DNA of 58,901 nucleotides from Stellaceae bacterium. Lineage in GTDB: Bacteria > Pseudomonadota > Alphaproteobacteria > ATCC43930 > CGMCC-115725. The notes under the pieces are model-generated. The model had not been told where the DNA came from. It made no database searches and saw only the letters and a program-made list of their open reading frames with translations. The position numbers and the translations under genes were made by a program. This document shows positions 9,204 to 17,979 of this stretch, one piece after another; the stretch's first letter is position 1; each line of letters begins with the position of its first letter. Location of the stretch: the NCBI GenBank assembly GCA_045802495.1, contig JBJMQW010000497.1, forward strand, positions 1-58,901, written 5' to 3'.

Positions 9204-9716
9204 TCAGCCCTGCGTCGGAGCAGCAGACTGCGTCACCCCCGCCAGGGCTGTCCGCAATGCTTCTTCCTTGGTGTGGTCGAAAGAGGTGCGTAATACCGTA
9301 CCGCCTTCGCCCTGCAAAGCCGCCAGGACCTTGTCGGTCGTCATCTTGCGGATCAATAGGAAGAGCGCGGCATTGCCGGATTGCAGCGTCTGCGCGGCTT
9401 CCTTCATGAACCCGTCATTGATCCCGACATCGGAAAGGGCGCCGCCGATGGCACCCGAGGCTGCTCCGATGGCGGCGCCGGGTAGGGGCATTAAAAAAAT
9501 CATGCCGATAAGCGTGCCCCAGAATGCGCCGGAGACAGCGCCGACCGCAGTCGGGTGAAAGAGCTGATTGAGTTTGACGTGCCCATTGGGTTGCTTGACC
9601 GCAATAACCGCGTCACCCAGCTCTATAAGGTACTCCTTCTGCATATCGAGCAGTTTCTGGCGAACCTCCTCGGCTTTCTGCTCTGATGGAAATGCGATTT
9701 CGACGAGATCGGCCAT
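9204..9716 (-). CDS. DUF1269 domain-containing membrane protein
   Basis: 170 aa. N-terminal soluble domain (MADLVEIAFPSEQKAEEVRQKLLDMQKEYLIELGDAVIAVK), Gly-rich TM pair (GAVSGAFWGTLIGMIFLMPLPGAAIGAASGAIGGAL) and a C-terminal domain (ALFLLIRKMTTDKVL) give the typical DUF1269 layout. Confidence 0.75.
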   Translation of the reverse strand: MADLVEIAFPSEQKAEEVRQKLLDMQKEYLIELGDAVIAVKQPNGHVKLNQLFHPTAVGAVSGAFWGTLIGMIFLMPLPGAAIGAASGAIGGALSDVGINDGFMKEAAQTLQSGNAALFLLIRKMTTDKVLAALQGEGGTVLRTSFDHTKEEALRTALAGVTQSAAPTQG

Positions 9717-9765
9717 TTGTGTTCACTCCGTACGGTTTTGGGGTTGCCCATAGGGCTGCAGTTGG

Positions 9766-9987
9766 TCAGTTGGGGCGAAGGCTTGAAACCGCTGCCCTTA
9801 TGTGTGACAGCAAGTCTTCTGAGATGCCGAGTGCGGCGCCGAGGCTGGAGAGAAATTCCTGCTCGTTTGGGATCGCCGGATTGGCGACGAGCGTAGCCGC
9901 CGCCACGATTTGCGTCCCGAGTTCGGATTTACCGGCAACTGTCTGGCCACCCAAAATCGCGTCGAGCAAAGACTTCGCGTCGAACAT
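9766..9987 (-). CDS. Small hypothetical protein (73 aa)
   Basis: Lies inside ORF 9766..10206. Start moved to ATG 9987, preceded by GGAAGGAAGG. Sequence begins MFDAKSLLDAILGGQTVAGK... It resembles only the tail of DUF533/TerB-like proteins, so the family is uncertain. Confidence 0.45.
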   Translation of the reverse strand: MFDAKSLLDAILGGQTVAGKSELGTQIVAAATLVANPAIPNEQEFLSSLGAALGISEDLLSHIRAAVSSLRPN

Positions 9988-10151
9988 GGACGACCTTCCT
10001 TCCACTAGCTCAGCTTCAGTCGTTACGCTCGGTATATCCCCCTGCCAGCATTTTATCGCCGAACGCGGAGACGGTGGTAGTGCAAAGGCTCTGATAAGAT
10101 CTGCCCGCACCATCGCGTGCAGGCATCGCAAAATATAATAGCCGATGCTGG

Positions 10152-10766
10152 TCAACAGAGCATCGCTGTCTTCGGATACGTGGTTCCCTGGGCTGATGGG
10201 TAACACGCAAAGCCGACCAGTGCTACGACCATCACGCGACCCCGGCGCGGAAGGTGTTGGTTGGCGGCACTTGTAACACTCCGGTTGAGGCTACGCTTAC
10301 TCCAATAGTCCAGCGCGTTGTAGGCTTCGGCGGCACCCGGATGCAAAGGTCGCCGGCTCTTAGGCTCAATGTAGCGCCGATTACTTGCAACCGGTGCTCG
10401 CCGCCTTCCGGCGCGATCCCTCGCCGATGAGCCGGGCAGTCCTTGTCGATGACGTAATGCGCATGGTCGCGCAGCTCCGCTTTCAGTCCGCTGCGAAGCG
10501 GCGCCGGATAGAGGTCAGTGCTTGCGGTAAATGGCCGAGAGGCTCGAAGCTGCGCGGCTGATATTGTCGCCCAAGCTCTTGGTGTTCTCGAAGGCGGCGA
10601 CCCTCAATAGCCCGAGCGGGACCGCGAAGAATAGTCCGAAATTACCGGCAATGTGAATGATGGGCTCATTGGTCGGTTCGTCCCGATGCAACCTGGGCCG
10701 CATCACGGGATGAATGATCACGATGCCCAGCCACGCTATGGCGATGAAAAAAATGCAAAAAGCCAA
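10152..10766 (-). pseudogene. Decayed DUF4239-like membrane protein gene (premature stop plus two frame changes)
   Basis: ORF 10515..10766 encodes only an N-terminal TM fragment (…FGLFFAVPLGLLRVAAFENTKSLGDNISRAASSLSAIY). Coding-like sequence continues in another frame (LYPAPLRSGLKAELRDHAHYVIDKDCPAHRRG, 10514 downward). It then returns to the first frame (ORF 10152..10346). Confidence 0.4.
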
Positions 10767-10929
10767 TGCCAGTTGTCAAAGATGTCAACGCCGTGAAAGC
10801 CGCCGGCCTCGAGCGCGTCGACCGCTGGACGAAAGCTCGCTGGGTTGTGCGGGACCTTACCTGCGCCATGACCCTTCTTTAGGCCGATCAGAGCAGCCTA
10901 TAGTTTCTCGCCCACAGAAAGGAGACACC

Positions 10930-11793
10930 ATGCGTCCGCCAGCTGCCGCCATGAAGGCGCTTCTCGACCAACCCGCGCTTCAGATCATGCCCGGCTGCGG
11001 CGACGGCATGGGTGCCCGGCTGATCGAGGAGGCCGGCTTTCGCACCGGGTTCGTCTCCGGCTCCAGCATCGCCGCGATGCGTCTGGCGATGCCCGATATG
11101 GACCTTTTGACCTTTCCCGAGATGGCCGATGCGGTCGAGACCGTCATTGCCGCGGCGCCCAATGTGCTGTGGCTGGCCGACGGCGACACCGGCTACGGCA
11201 ACGCGCTCGCCGTCCAGAAGACGATCCGCGCTTACGCTCGACGCGGCGCCGCTGCAGTGCTGGTCGAGGACAAGGTGTGGCCGCGTCCGCTCGGGCATAA
11301 CGGCGCCAAGCTGGTGATCGAGCGGGACGCCGCCATCCTGCGTTGCCGCGCCGCTGCCGAGGCATGCCGCGAGGAGGGCATCCTGTTGCTCGCCCGCACC
11401 GATGCGCGCACCTCGCGCGGCTTTGACGAGGCGCTGGCGCGGCTGAAATCGTTCGTGACCGAGGGCGCTGATATCCTGTTTCTCGACTCGCCGCAGTCGG
11501 AGGCGGAGATCCACGAGACCGTGGCGGCCTGCGACGGCAAGCCGGCGCTCGCCGTAACCTCGCCCGGCGGGCGGCACTTCATGCCGGGCAATGCAGAACT
11601 CGAACGCCTCGGCATCAAGCTCGTCGTCTTTCCGCAGGACGTTCTGGCGGCGAGCGTGCATGCCGTGCGCGCGGCCCTCGCCGGGCTCAAGGGCGGCGTC
11701 AAGCCACCGCTGGCGAGCCCGCCTGAGCTGGCGACGGCGATCCGCTCGGCCGACTACCTCGCCCGCGACGCCCGCTGGCCCGACCCGCGGTGA
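10930..11793 (+). CDS. Isocitrate lyase / PEP mutase superfamily protein (atypical active-site loop)
   Basis: Lies inside ORF 10714..11793. ATG 10930 follows AAAGGAGA. Motifs are [28 protein letters not shown] and [16 protein letters not shown]. The lyase KRCGH loop is replaced by RPLGH. Confidence 0.8.
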   Translation: MRPPAAAMKALLDQPALQIMPGCGDGMGARLIEEAGFRTGFVSGSSIAAMRLAMPDMDLLTFPEMADAVETVIAAAPNVLWLADGDTGYGNALAVQKTIRAYARRGAAAVLVEDKVWPRPLGHNGAKLVIERDAAILRCRAAAEACREEGILLLARTDARTSRGFDEALARLKSFVTEGADILFLDSPQSEAEIHETVAACDGKPALAVTSPGGRHFMPGNAELERLGIKLVVFPQDVLAASVHAVRAALAGLKGGVKPPLASPPELATAIRSADYLARDARWPDPR

Positions 11794-12812
11794 GCCGCTC
11801 GATGGTCCCGCTCTCCGTTCTCGATCTTTCGCCGATCACCGAAGGGAGCGACGCCGGTCAGGCGCTGCGCAATTCGCTCGACCTGGCGCGGCATGTCGAG
11901 GCGCTCGGCTACCAACGCTTCTGGATGGCCGAGCATCACAATCTGCCCGGCATCGCCAGTGCGGCGACGGCGGTGGCACTCGCCCATGTCGCGGCGGGTA
12001 CCGACCATATCCGGATCGGCGCCGGCGGCATCATGCTGCCGAACCACGCGCCGCTCTTGATCGCCGAGCAGTTCGGCACGCTCGCCGCCTTGCATCCCGG
12101 CCGGGTCGAATTGGGTCTCGGGCGCGCTCCCGGCTCCGACCAAGTCACCGCACGGGCGGTGCGCCGCGCCTTGCTTGGCGGCGAGGAAAGCTTTCCCCAG
12201 GAAGTCGTCGAGCTGATGGGCTATTTCCGAGCGGCCGAACCCGGTCAGGCGGTCGTGGCAGTGCCCGGCGCCGGGCTCGACGTGCCGATCTGGATCCTTG
12301 GGTCCAGCCTCTACGGCGCGCAGGTCGCGGCCTATCTCGGATTGCCCTTCGCCTTCGCGTCGCATTTCGCGCCGGCGATGATGATGGACGCGATGAGGAT
12401 CTACCGCGCGCGGTTCCGTCCGTCCGCGCAGCTCTCCTCCCCCCATGTCATGCTGGGGGTCGTTGTCGTCGCTGCGGAATCCCACGAGGAGGCGCGGTAC
12501 CTGTATTCGTCATTGCAGCAATCGTCGCTTAACAACCGGACGGGGCGCCGCGGCCGGGTGCCGCCGCCGGTCGAGAATTTCGAGGCGCGGCTCGATCCTT
12601 ACGCCCGCGCCATACTCGACGATGCGCTCGGTTGCGCCATTGTCGGCGCCCCCGACACCGTGCGCCGCGGCCTCGAGGATTTCATCGGTCGTACCGGCGC
12701 CGACGAGCTGATGGTGACCGCGAACATTTTCGACCACGCCAGGCGGAAACGCTCGTTCGAGATTGTCGCCGAACTGCACGGCGCGATGGAAACCGGCAAA
12801 TCAGGCCTTTGA
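11790..12812 (+). CDS. LLM-class (luciferase-like) flavin-dependent oxidoreductase, YhbW-like
   Basis: 340 aa. Motifs [29 protein letters not shown] and [10 protein letters not shown]. The GTGA start/stop overlap with the upstream gene suggests an operon. Confidence 0.85.
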   Translation: MSRSMVPLSVLDLSPITEGSDAGQALRNSLDLARHVEALGYQRFWMAEHHNLPGIASAATAVALAHVAAGTDHIRIGAGGIMLPNHAPLLIAEQFGTLAALHPGRVELGLGRAPGSDQVTARAVRRALLGGEESFPQEVVELMGYFRAAEPGQAVVAVPGAGLDVPIWILGSSLYGAQVAAYLGLPFAFASHFAPAMMMDAMRIYRARFRPSAQLSSPHVMLGVVVVAAESHEEARYLYSSLQQSSLNNRTGRRGRVPPPVENFEARLDPYARAILDDALGCAIVGAPDTVRRGLEDFIGRTGADELMVTANIFDHARRKRSFEIVAELHGAMETGKSGL

Positions 12813-12969
12813 CCGGTTCCAGCTAGACCCGCGCGAATGTGTCGCCCGTCAGAATGGCGCGCTCGCTGTCGGACATCCGGTCGGTGACCCAAAACGCGTC
12901 CACACCCTGTGACCTCCAATCCTCCCGAGAACTGGCTGATCCCGCCGCCGGTGGCGGGCGACGCTGGAC

Positions 12970-13731
12970 TTACAGGTACTTCGCGGGGCGGATCATGGCC
13001 CGCCACATATGCGCGACCGGGCTGTTGTCATAGCCGAGCCCCTGCTCCGGCTGCCGGAAGTTGCGGCCGATGACGTCGGTGAATTCCTCGAGCTCGACAT
13101 GCACGGTGGGATCGAATGAGTAGATGTCGTGTACGGTAATCTGTCGGCCCGACATGTACCATTTATGGTTCCGCATCCGCTTGTAGTCTTCCTCGATATA
13201 GGGGTCGGGGCGGTACTCCTGACCGAACGAAGTAATGTAGGATTGCGGGTATTCATAGCCGACCGACTCGTCGGGGTAGAAGCGCAACACCTGGTGGGCG
13301 CGGATTGCCCAGGTTACTTCCTCGTCGACATAGGGCTCGACCAGCTGCGCGCCCCAATAGCCGTGATCGCCGCGAATAAAGCCGATCGTCGAGATGTCGT
13401 GCAACAGGCAGGCGAGCACCATTTTCTCGGGCAGATCGGCCTTCACCGCATGCCGGGCGCTCTGCAATAGGTGCATGCAGGGGCCAAAGCGGTACTTGAA
13501 GAAATCCATCAGGGTCGGCTTTTCCGGCATTGCCGGCAGACGCGGATCGTCACCCATCAAGACGCGTGCGTTGGGATTGTCCTTCATCAGCGCGCCGGCG
13601 TTTGGCGCCGGGCTCATATCACCCTCGGCCATGCTGTAGAGGCGCGACTTGATGACGATATAGTCGAGCTCGCGGGACATCTTCTCTTCGAGCGCATCGG
13701 CACGCTGTGACAGGGTCATCGTGTCATTCAC
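12970..13731 (-). CDS. HD-domain protein, myo-inositol-oxygenase-like (MIOX/PhnZ-type diiron oxygenase superfamily)
   Basis: 253 aa. Motifs CMHLLQSARH, ACLLHDIS (HD), IRAHQVLRFYP and VHDIYSFD echo the MIOX motifs HLLQTAE / LIHDLGK / RYHSFYPWH / YDLYSK as I remember them. Confidence 0.55.
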   Translation of the reverse strand: MNDTMTLSQRADALEEKMSRELDYIVIKSRLYSMAEGDMSPAPNAGALMKDNPNARVLMGDDPRLPAMPEKPTLMDFFKYRFGPCMHLLQSARHAVKADLPEKMVLACLLHDISTIGFIRGDHGYWGAQLVEPYVDEEVTWAIRAHQVLRFYPDESVGYEYPQSYITSFGQEYRPDPYIEEDYKRMRNHKWYMSGRQITVHDIYSFDPTVHVELEEFTDVIGRNFRQPEQGLGYDNSPVAHMWRAMIRPAKYL

Positions 13732-13893
13732 GGCGTCTCTCCTCTATCCCTGGTTTCCATAAACTTAACAGATCGTTTGCGGTGGAGGATGTTCTTTCGA
13801 CATGGCCGCTCGTCGCGATCGCATGACAGACGGCCGGCTCCCCCGGGCAATGGCTGCGCATCTGCACAACGTCCGCCAAGTTTTTTGTTGCCC

Positions 13894-14286
13894 TTATACC
13901 AGGTCGATCCTCGCACGATGCCCGGACGTGGCGGCCAGGCGACGGTCGCGAGTCAACAGCGTCGCATCCAGGGCTTCCGCAAGCGCGACATAAGCGGCGT
14001 CGTAGGCTGTCAGGTTGTGCCGCAACTCCCAGACCCGCGGCAGCAACACGTCGTGCGGGTAGCGATCCAGGGGAAACCCGACCAAATAGTCCAGAGCCAT
14101 GCGGCCGCGCGCGGGATCGATCTGCCCGATCGCCGCATACCGCCGCAACACCTGCGTCACTTCAAGATCGATCAGGTGCGGCGCATGCAGCGTTTGCTCA
14201 GTACCAAACAAACGCTCCCGCACAGCGGCAGCGGCAGGCGTCTGCAACAACGCTTCGACGAGCGCCGAGGCGTCGACCACGATCAC
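13894..14286 (-). CDS. vapC: Type II toxin VapC (PIN-domain ribonuclease)
   Basis: GTG 14286. Sequence VIVVDASALVEALL...LTAYDAAYVALAEALDATLLTRD carries the PIN acidic residues. It overlaps the upstream antitoxin gene by 4 nt. Confidence 0.85.
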   Translation of the reverse strand: MIVVDASALVEALLQTPAAAAVRERLFGTEQTLHAPHLIDLEVTQVLRRYAAIGQIDPARGRMALDYLVGFPLDRYPHDVLLPRVWELRHNLTAYDAAYVALAEALDATLLTRDRRLAATSGHRARIDLV

Positions 14287-14513
14287 CTGGAGTCGCGCTC
14301 GGTGCGGACCGCGTCCTCCGGTGACGGGATGGGGTTGGTTGCGGGAAGCTTCTCCAAGCGCTCGCGCAATTCTGCGAGAGTGGGTTTCTCGGCCGACCGG
14401 CGGAGCTCGGCGAGAAGATAATCCGAGAGGGACATGCCCGCGAGTGCGGCGCGCGACTTCAGCTTGCGATGGAGCGCTTCCGGAACATTGCGGATCTGAA
14501 TCATCGTGGACAT
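14283..14513 (-). CDS. vapB: Type II antitoxin VapB (FitA/ribbon-helix-helix-like)
   Basis: 76 aa. MSTMIQIRNVPEALHRKLKSRAALAGMSLSDYLL is the typical N-terminal DNA-binding motif. It is translationally coupled to vapC. Confidence 0.8.
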   Translation of the reverse strand: MSTMIQIRNVPEALHRKLKSRAALAGMSLSDYLLAELRRSAEKPTLAELRERLEKLPATNPIPSPEDAVRTERDSR

Positions 14514-14545
14514 GTGGAAAACATGAAGTCATGTGAGACACATGT
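14510..14545. promoter_or_regulatory. Nested inverted repeats overlapping the vapB start; probable VapBC autoregulatory operator
   Basis: Sequence ACATGTG-gaaa-ACATGA-ag-TCATGT-gaga-CACATGT. An outer 7-bp and an inner 6-bp inverted repeat share one dyad centre. Confidence 0.5.
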
Positions 14546-14617
14546 AAAGGCCGGAGGTTGTTATTCCCGACCCTGCGTGAAAGACTGCCCGATACGCGCG
14601 GCATAGTGAGGGACCCA

Positions 14618-15802
14618 ATGATCACAAAATTCGACAGCTCCTATTACGGCACCGCCGACATGGAAAACCTCGGCTACAAGGGCACGCCGATCAACGACCG
14701 CTGCTATTCGAAAGAGGAGCTGGCGAAGGCGATGCACAAGGTCGTGGCCTATGCCAAATGCATGGACGAGCGCGGCTACGACACCTTCTGGATGGCCGAG
14801 CATCATTTCCAGCCCGAAGGCACGGAACTGATCCCGAACCTGTTGATGATGGCGATGCACCTATGCGGCATCACCAAGAACCTCAACATCGGGTGCGGCT
14901 TCAACATCGTGCCGATGTGGCATCCGCTGCGGCTGGCCGAGGATTACGCGATGGCCGACATCCTGACCGGCGGCCGGGTCATTTTCGGCGTCGGGCGTGG
15001 TTATCACACCCGCGAAGTCGAGACCTTTGGTTCGCCGCTCCTCGACCAGAACGCCAACCGCGAAATGTTCGAGGAGGGCGTCGAGGTCCTGTTCAAGGCC
15101 TTCGAGGGGAAGCCCTTCTCACACAAGGGCAAGTACTACACGATCCCGCCCGAGGTGCCGTATCGCGGCTACACGCTCAAAGAGATCACGCTGGTGCCGG
15201 CGCCGGAGCGGCTGCCGGTCGAATGCTGGCAGCCGATCCAATCGGGCTCCGAGCGCGCCTTCGACTTCATGGCGAAATACGGGATCAGCGGCGTGATCGG
15301 CGGCGGCTCGGCCGAAGGCGGGGCGGTCGAGCGGCACATGCTCGGGTTCCAGGCGGCCTATAAGCGCCGCGGCATCGAGCTCGAACTCGGCGAGCGGCTG
15401 GCGCTCGGCTACCAGTTCCACATCGCGTCCTCCCGCGAGCAGGCGATCCGCGAGGCGGCACCCCATTACGAAGAGAACATGAAAATGTTCGGCGAATTGC
15501 GCCTGGTGCGGGCCCTGACCGACGAGCAGATCGCAGCGATGCGCGACCCGCGCCTCGTCGGCACGGTCAAATTGCCGGCGATCGAGGATGCGGTGAAGGC
15601 CGGCGGCTTTCTCGCCGGCCGGCCGGAGGACATCATCGAGCAATTGAAGGCCGTCGAGAAGCGCTATCCCGGCCTCGACCGCGTCATCTGCGCCACGCCG
15701 CTCGGCACCCCGCTCGACATCCAGCTCGCAGACCTCGACCGCTTCGCAAAGGAGGTGATCCCCGCCTTCCGGGACACCCGAACCGCCGCCGCGGCGCAGT
15801 AG
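14618..15802 (+). CDS. LLM-class flavin-dependent oxidoreductase (intact copy)
   Basis: Lies inside ORF 14558..15802; ATG 14618. Motifs GYDTFWMAEHHFQPEG and GGRVIFGVGRGYH. This is the full-length parent of the two downstream fragments. Confidence 0.85.
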   Translation: MITKFDSSYYGTADMENLGYKGTPINDRCYSKEELAKAMHKVVAYAKCMDERGYDTFWMAEHHFQPEGTELIPNLLMMAMHLCGITKNLNIGCGFNIVPMWHPLRLAEDYAMADILTGGRVIFGVGRGYHTREVETFGSPLLDQNANREMFEEGVEVLFKAFEGKPFSHKGKYYTIPPEVPYRGYTLKEITLVPAPERLPVECWQPIQSGSERAFDFMAKYGISGVIGGGSAEGGAVERHMLGFQAAYKRRGIELELGERLALGYQFHIASSREQAIREAAPHYEENMKMFGELRLVRALTDEQIAAMRDPRLVGTVKLPAIEDAVKAGGFLAGRPEDIIEQLKAVEKRYPGLDRVICATPLGTPLDIQLADLDRFAKEVIPAFRDTRTAAAAQ

Positions 15803-16153
15803 GCCCGAGGCTCAGCCGCCCGGGCGCCGGCTCGCTATCAAAGCGCGACGTTTAACGCAAATCAGGCTTTTTTTGTCGAGCATAACGGTCGCGCCATAAC
15901 TGGCCTTCGGTTTATCAGCGGCCGAACGGCCTGGACCCACGCCGGCGATCGATGTCGCCTCTAGTGGCTCCCTGTAACCAGCGGATAGCCAGCGGATAGC
16001 AGGTTGGCGAAGCTCTGAAGCTCTCGGGTCTTTGCAGTTAAGCTGAGGAACCACTCTGGGAGCGCAGCAGCCGCGATCCGAGAAGGTTTAAATGCGGTAG
16101 CTATCGCGGCGGCGGTAAACAGCCCGACTGCTCCGCGCAAGCGAGAATGAGTG

Positions 16154-17920
16154 TTAATTAAAACGTAGCCCGAAAAGTCCGCCCGTTTCGGTTGCGTCTG
16201 TGAGTCTGATTGGAAGAACGAATTGATTCACATCGAACCCGGGACCGAAGCCATCTCTCGGAAGCGCGTCTGAATTCAGCGTGACGATATATTGGTAACC
16301 AATTGAGGAGGAGTGGTCGGCACCTAGCTGGAGCGCTTTTGCTACTTGGCGCTCGTCAACGCCGTCAAACAAATGACTATCATGGATAAGGAACCCGGGA
16401 CCAAACCCACGGCGGGTTGTCAAATCCGCCAGCATCAGATCAAAGCAGAAAATTTGCATATTCGTAATACCCTTGCTGCGCTGCGCGTCGATTCGGATCT
16501 CGACGCTCGGTCCATTTGGGGTCGCGCTGACAGTTAAGCGGCCGGCTCTCTCGTATAGAGCATTGGAAAGCTCCTCGAAAACTAAGATGGCTTCCGCGAG
16601 AATTTCTTGTCGTTCGTGATGATCATTCTGAAGCGCCTTGAAGAGACGCGCTCGTTCTATGTCGAGCTCGGCTTTTGTGCTTTCGATCCGCTCCGCAGTA
16701 CCTAGCCGCTGGCGAAGTCCTTCAGCCTCCGCCTCTGCCCGCCCGGCCTCTTCCTGGAGTCGGGCATAATGCTCAAGCGCGCCCCCGGACTGCAGGATCT
16801 CCATGAGCTGGCGTCGGCGGTTGTCCAGGCTTAGGCGCCGACGGTCTCTGTCGGAAATTCGTCTTTCCGTCGCCTGAATCTCGGAGGTTAGATGTGATCG
16901 CCGGTTCCGTAGGATGGCCAAATGGAACTCCTCTACCTCCTCAAAACGGCGGGCGACTGTGCCCGGCAGAACGATCCCGGCTTCGCCATAAAGCCGCTCG
17001 AGGTTGGAGGCAGCTGGGGCCCGCTCGGTTGCGAGCGCGTCTTCGAGTTGCAGAACCAACTCCCGGTCAGCAGTATTCGCATCATTTAGAACAGAAATCT
17101 CGCGAGTAATCTCTGAGGCTTCGCGCTCGAACTCCGTGTACTCCGGGACCACGTTGAAGTTCGCGAGCTGCTCACGAAGCCGCCGTGCTCGTGCCTTGGC
17201 TATTGTTACGCGGCTCCGAAGATCAGCGGCCGTCCCAAAGTATCGCCCGAGACCACCTTCCCTCGCAGCCTTGCGCAGTTCTGCCATCGCTTTCTCTTGG
17301 GTGCGTATCTCCTGGAACTCCGAAGAAATACGGGCATCGAGCCCAAGGAGGTAGGAGACGCATACCTGTTGGTCCCAAGGTTGCTGGTTCGTCGATTGGT
17401 GCGTTGGCGAAACGAAGCCGCCACTGTTCTGGCCGCGGGCAAAGTACGAGAACAACGACCGGAATGTCGGGCGAAACCGAGTGCGCTCATTTTCGTCCGG
17501 ATCGGTGCGCAGGCCGAAGAATTCAGCGCCCAGCAGCGCGCGCCATTGTTCATTGGTGAATACCAGTTCGCCGGTTCTCGCTTCAAGCGACGGCTGAATA
17601 GGCCATGAGGATGTGTCTCCACGCAGACGAATGCGTGATGGCTTGGTGCCAGAGCGGGTCACATCGATTATCGCGCCTCCGATATCTACCCGGGCCTCGA
17701 AAGACCAAGGCGCGAGCGCGTCCGAGCGGAAGATACTCTCCTTTTCGACATTGCCGCGGAAGACGAAATGGACCAGTTCGACGAAGCTCGTTTTGCCGGC
17801 GCCGTTGCGCGACTGGCGATCGGTCGCCCCTTCGCTCTTATCTGCAAGGAGGATGTTGAGGCCGGGACCGAACGCCAAGCCCTTAAAGCTCGGGAGATCA
17901 CTGGTCACACAGTGGATCAT
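16154..17920 (-). CDS. YydD/DUF2326-type SMC-like ABC ATPase (the ATPase class of ABC-three-component systems), without partner genes
   Basis: 588 aa. N-terminus MIHCVTSDLPSFKGLAFGPGLNILLADK, Walker A NGAGKTSFVELV, a ~300-aa Arg/Glu/Leu coiled-coil middle, and a C-terminal block GFLIHDSHLFDGVDERQVAKAL...YIVTLNSD. G+C is visibly lower than in the flanks. Confidence 0.7.
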   Translation of the reverse strand: MIHCVTSDLPSFKGLAFGPGLNILLADKSEGATDRQSRNGAGKTSFVELVHFVFRGNVEKESIFRSDALAPWSFEARVDIGGAIIDVTRSGTKPSRIRLRGDTSSWPIQPSLEARTGELVFTNEQWRALLGAEFFGLRTDPDENERTRFRPTFRSLFSYFARGQNSGGFVSPTHQSTNQQPWDQQVCVSYLLGLDARISSEFQEIRTQEKAMAELRKAAREGGLGRYFGTAADLRSRVTIAKARARRLREQLANFNVVPEYTEFEREASEITREISVLNDANTADRELVLQLEDALATERAPAASNLERLYGEAGIVLPGTVARRFEEVEEFHLAILRNRRSHLTSEIQATERRISDRDRRRLSLDNRRRQLMEILQSGGALEHYARLQEEAGRAEAEAEGLRQRLGTAERIESTKAELDIERARLFKALQNDHHERQEILAEAILVFEELSNALYERAGRLTVSATPNGPSVEIRIDAQRSKGITNMQIFCFDLMLADLTTRRGFGPGFLIHDSHLFDGVDERQVAKALQLGADHSSSIGYQYIVTLNSDALPRDGFGPGFDVNQFVLPIRLTDATETGGLFGLRFN

Positions 17921-17931
17921 TATTGGGCCTT

Positions 17932-17945
17932 GCGGATTAATCCGC
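17932..17945. promoter_or_regulatory. Perfect 14-bp palindrome GCGGATTAATCCGC, 12-25 nt upstream of the ATPase start codon
   Basis: Read directly from the sequence. No Shine-Dalgarno lies between it and the ATG. It could be an operator or a 5'-UTR hairpin. Confidence 0.3.
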
Positions 17946-17979
17946 GCTCAAACTCTACCGCGCCTACGATGAAGAGGAG

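Noticed and set aside
10003-10030. tRNA-like D-loop string TAGCTCAGC
   Set aside because: No acceptor stem, anticodon arm or T-arm (GTTCGAATC-like) could be folded around it. It lies in the 5' region of the 73-aa ORF.
15812-16054. 80-aa minus-strand ORF downstream of the DUF2326 ATPase, as a possible ABC-3C middle or effector component
   Set aside because: It has no SD, mixed codon third positions and low-complexity, implausible sequence. It is also separated from the ATPase stop by 100 nt. The adjacent 11-bp tandem duplication CCAGCGGATAG x2 (15978..15999) is too small to call a repeat element.
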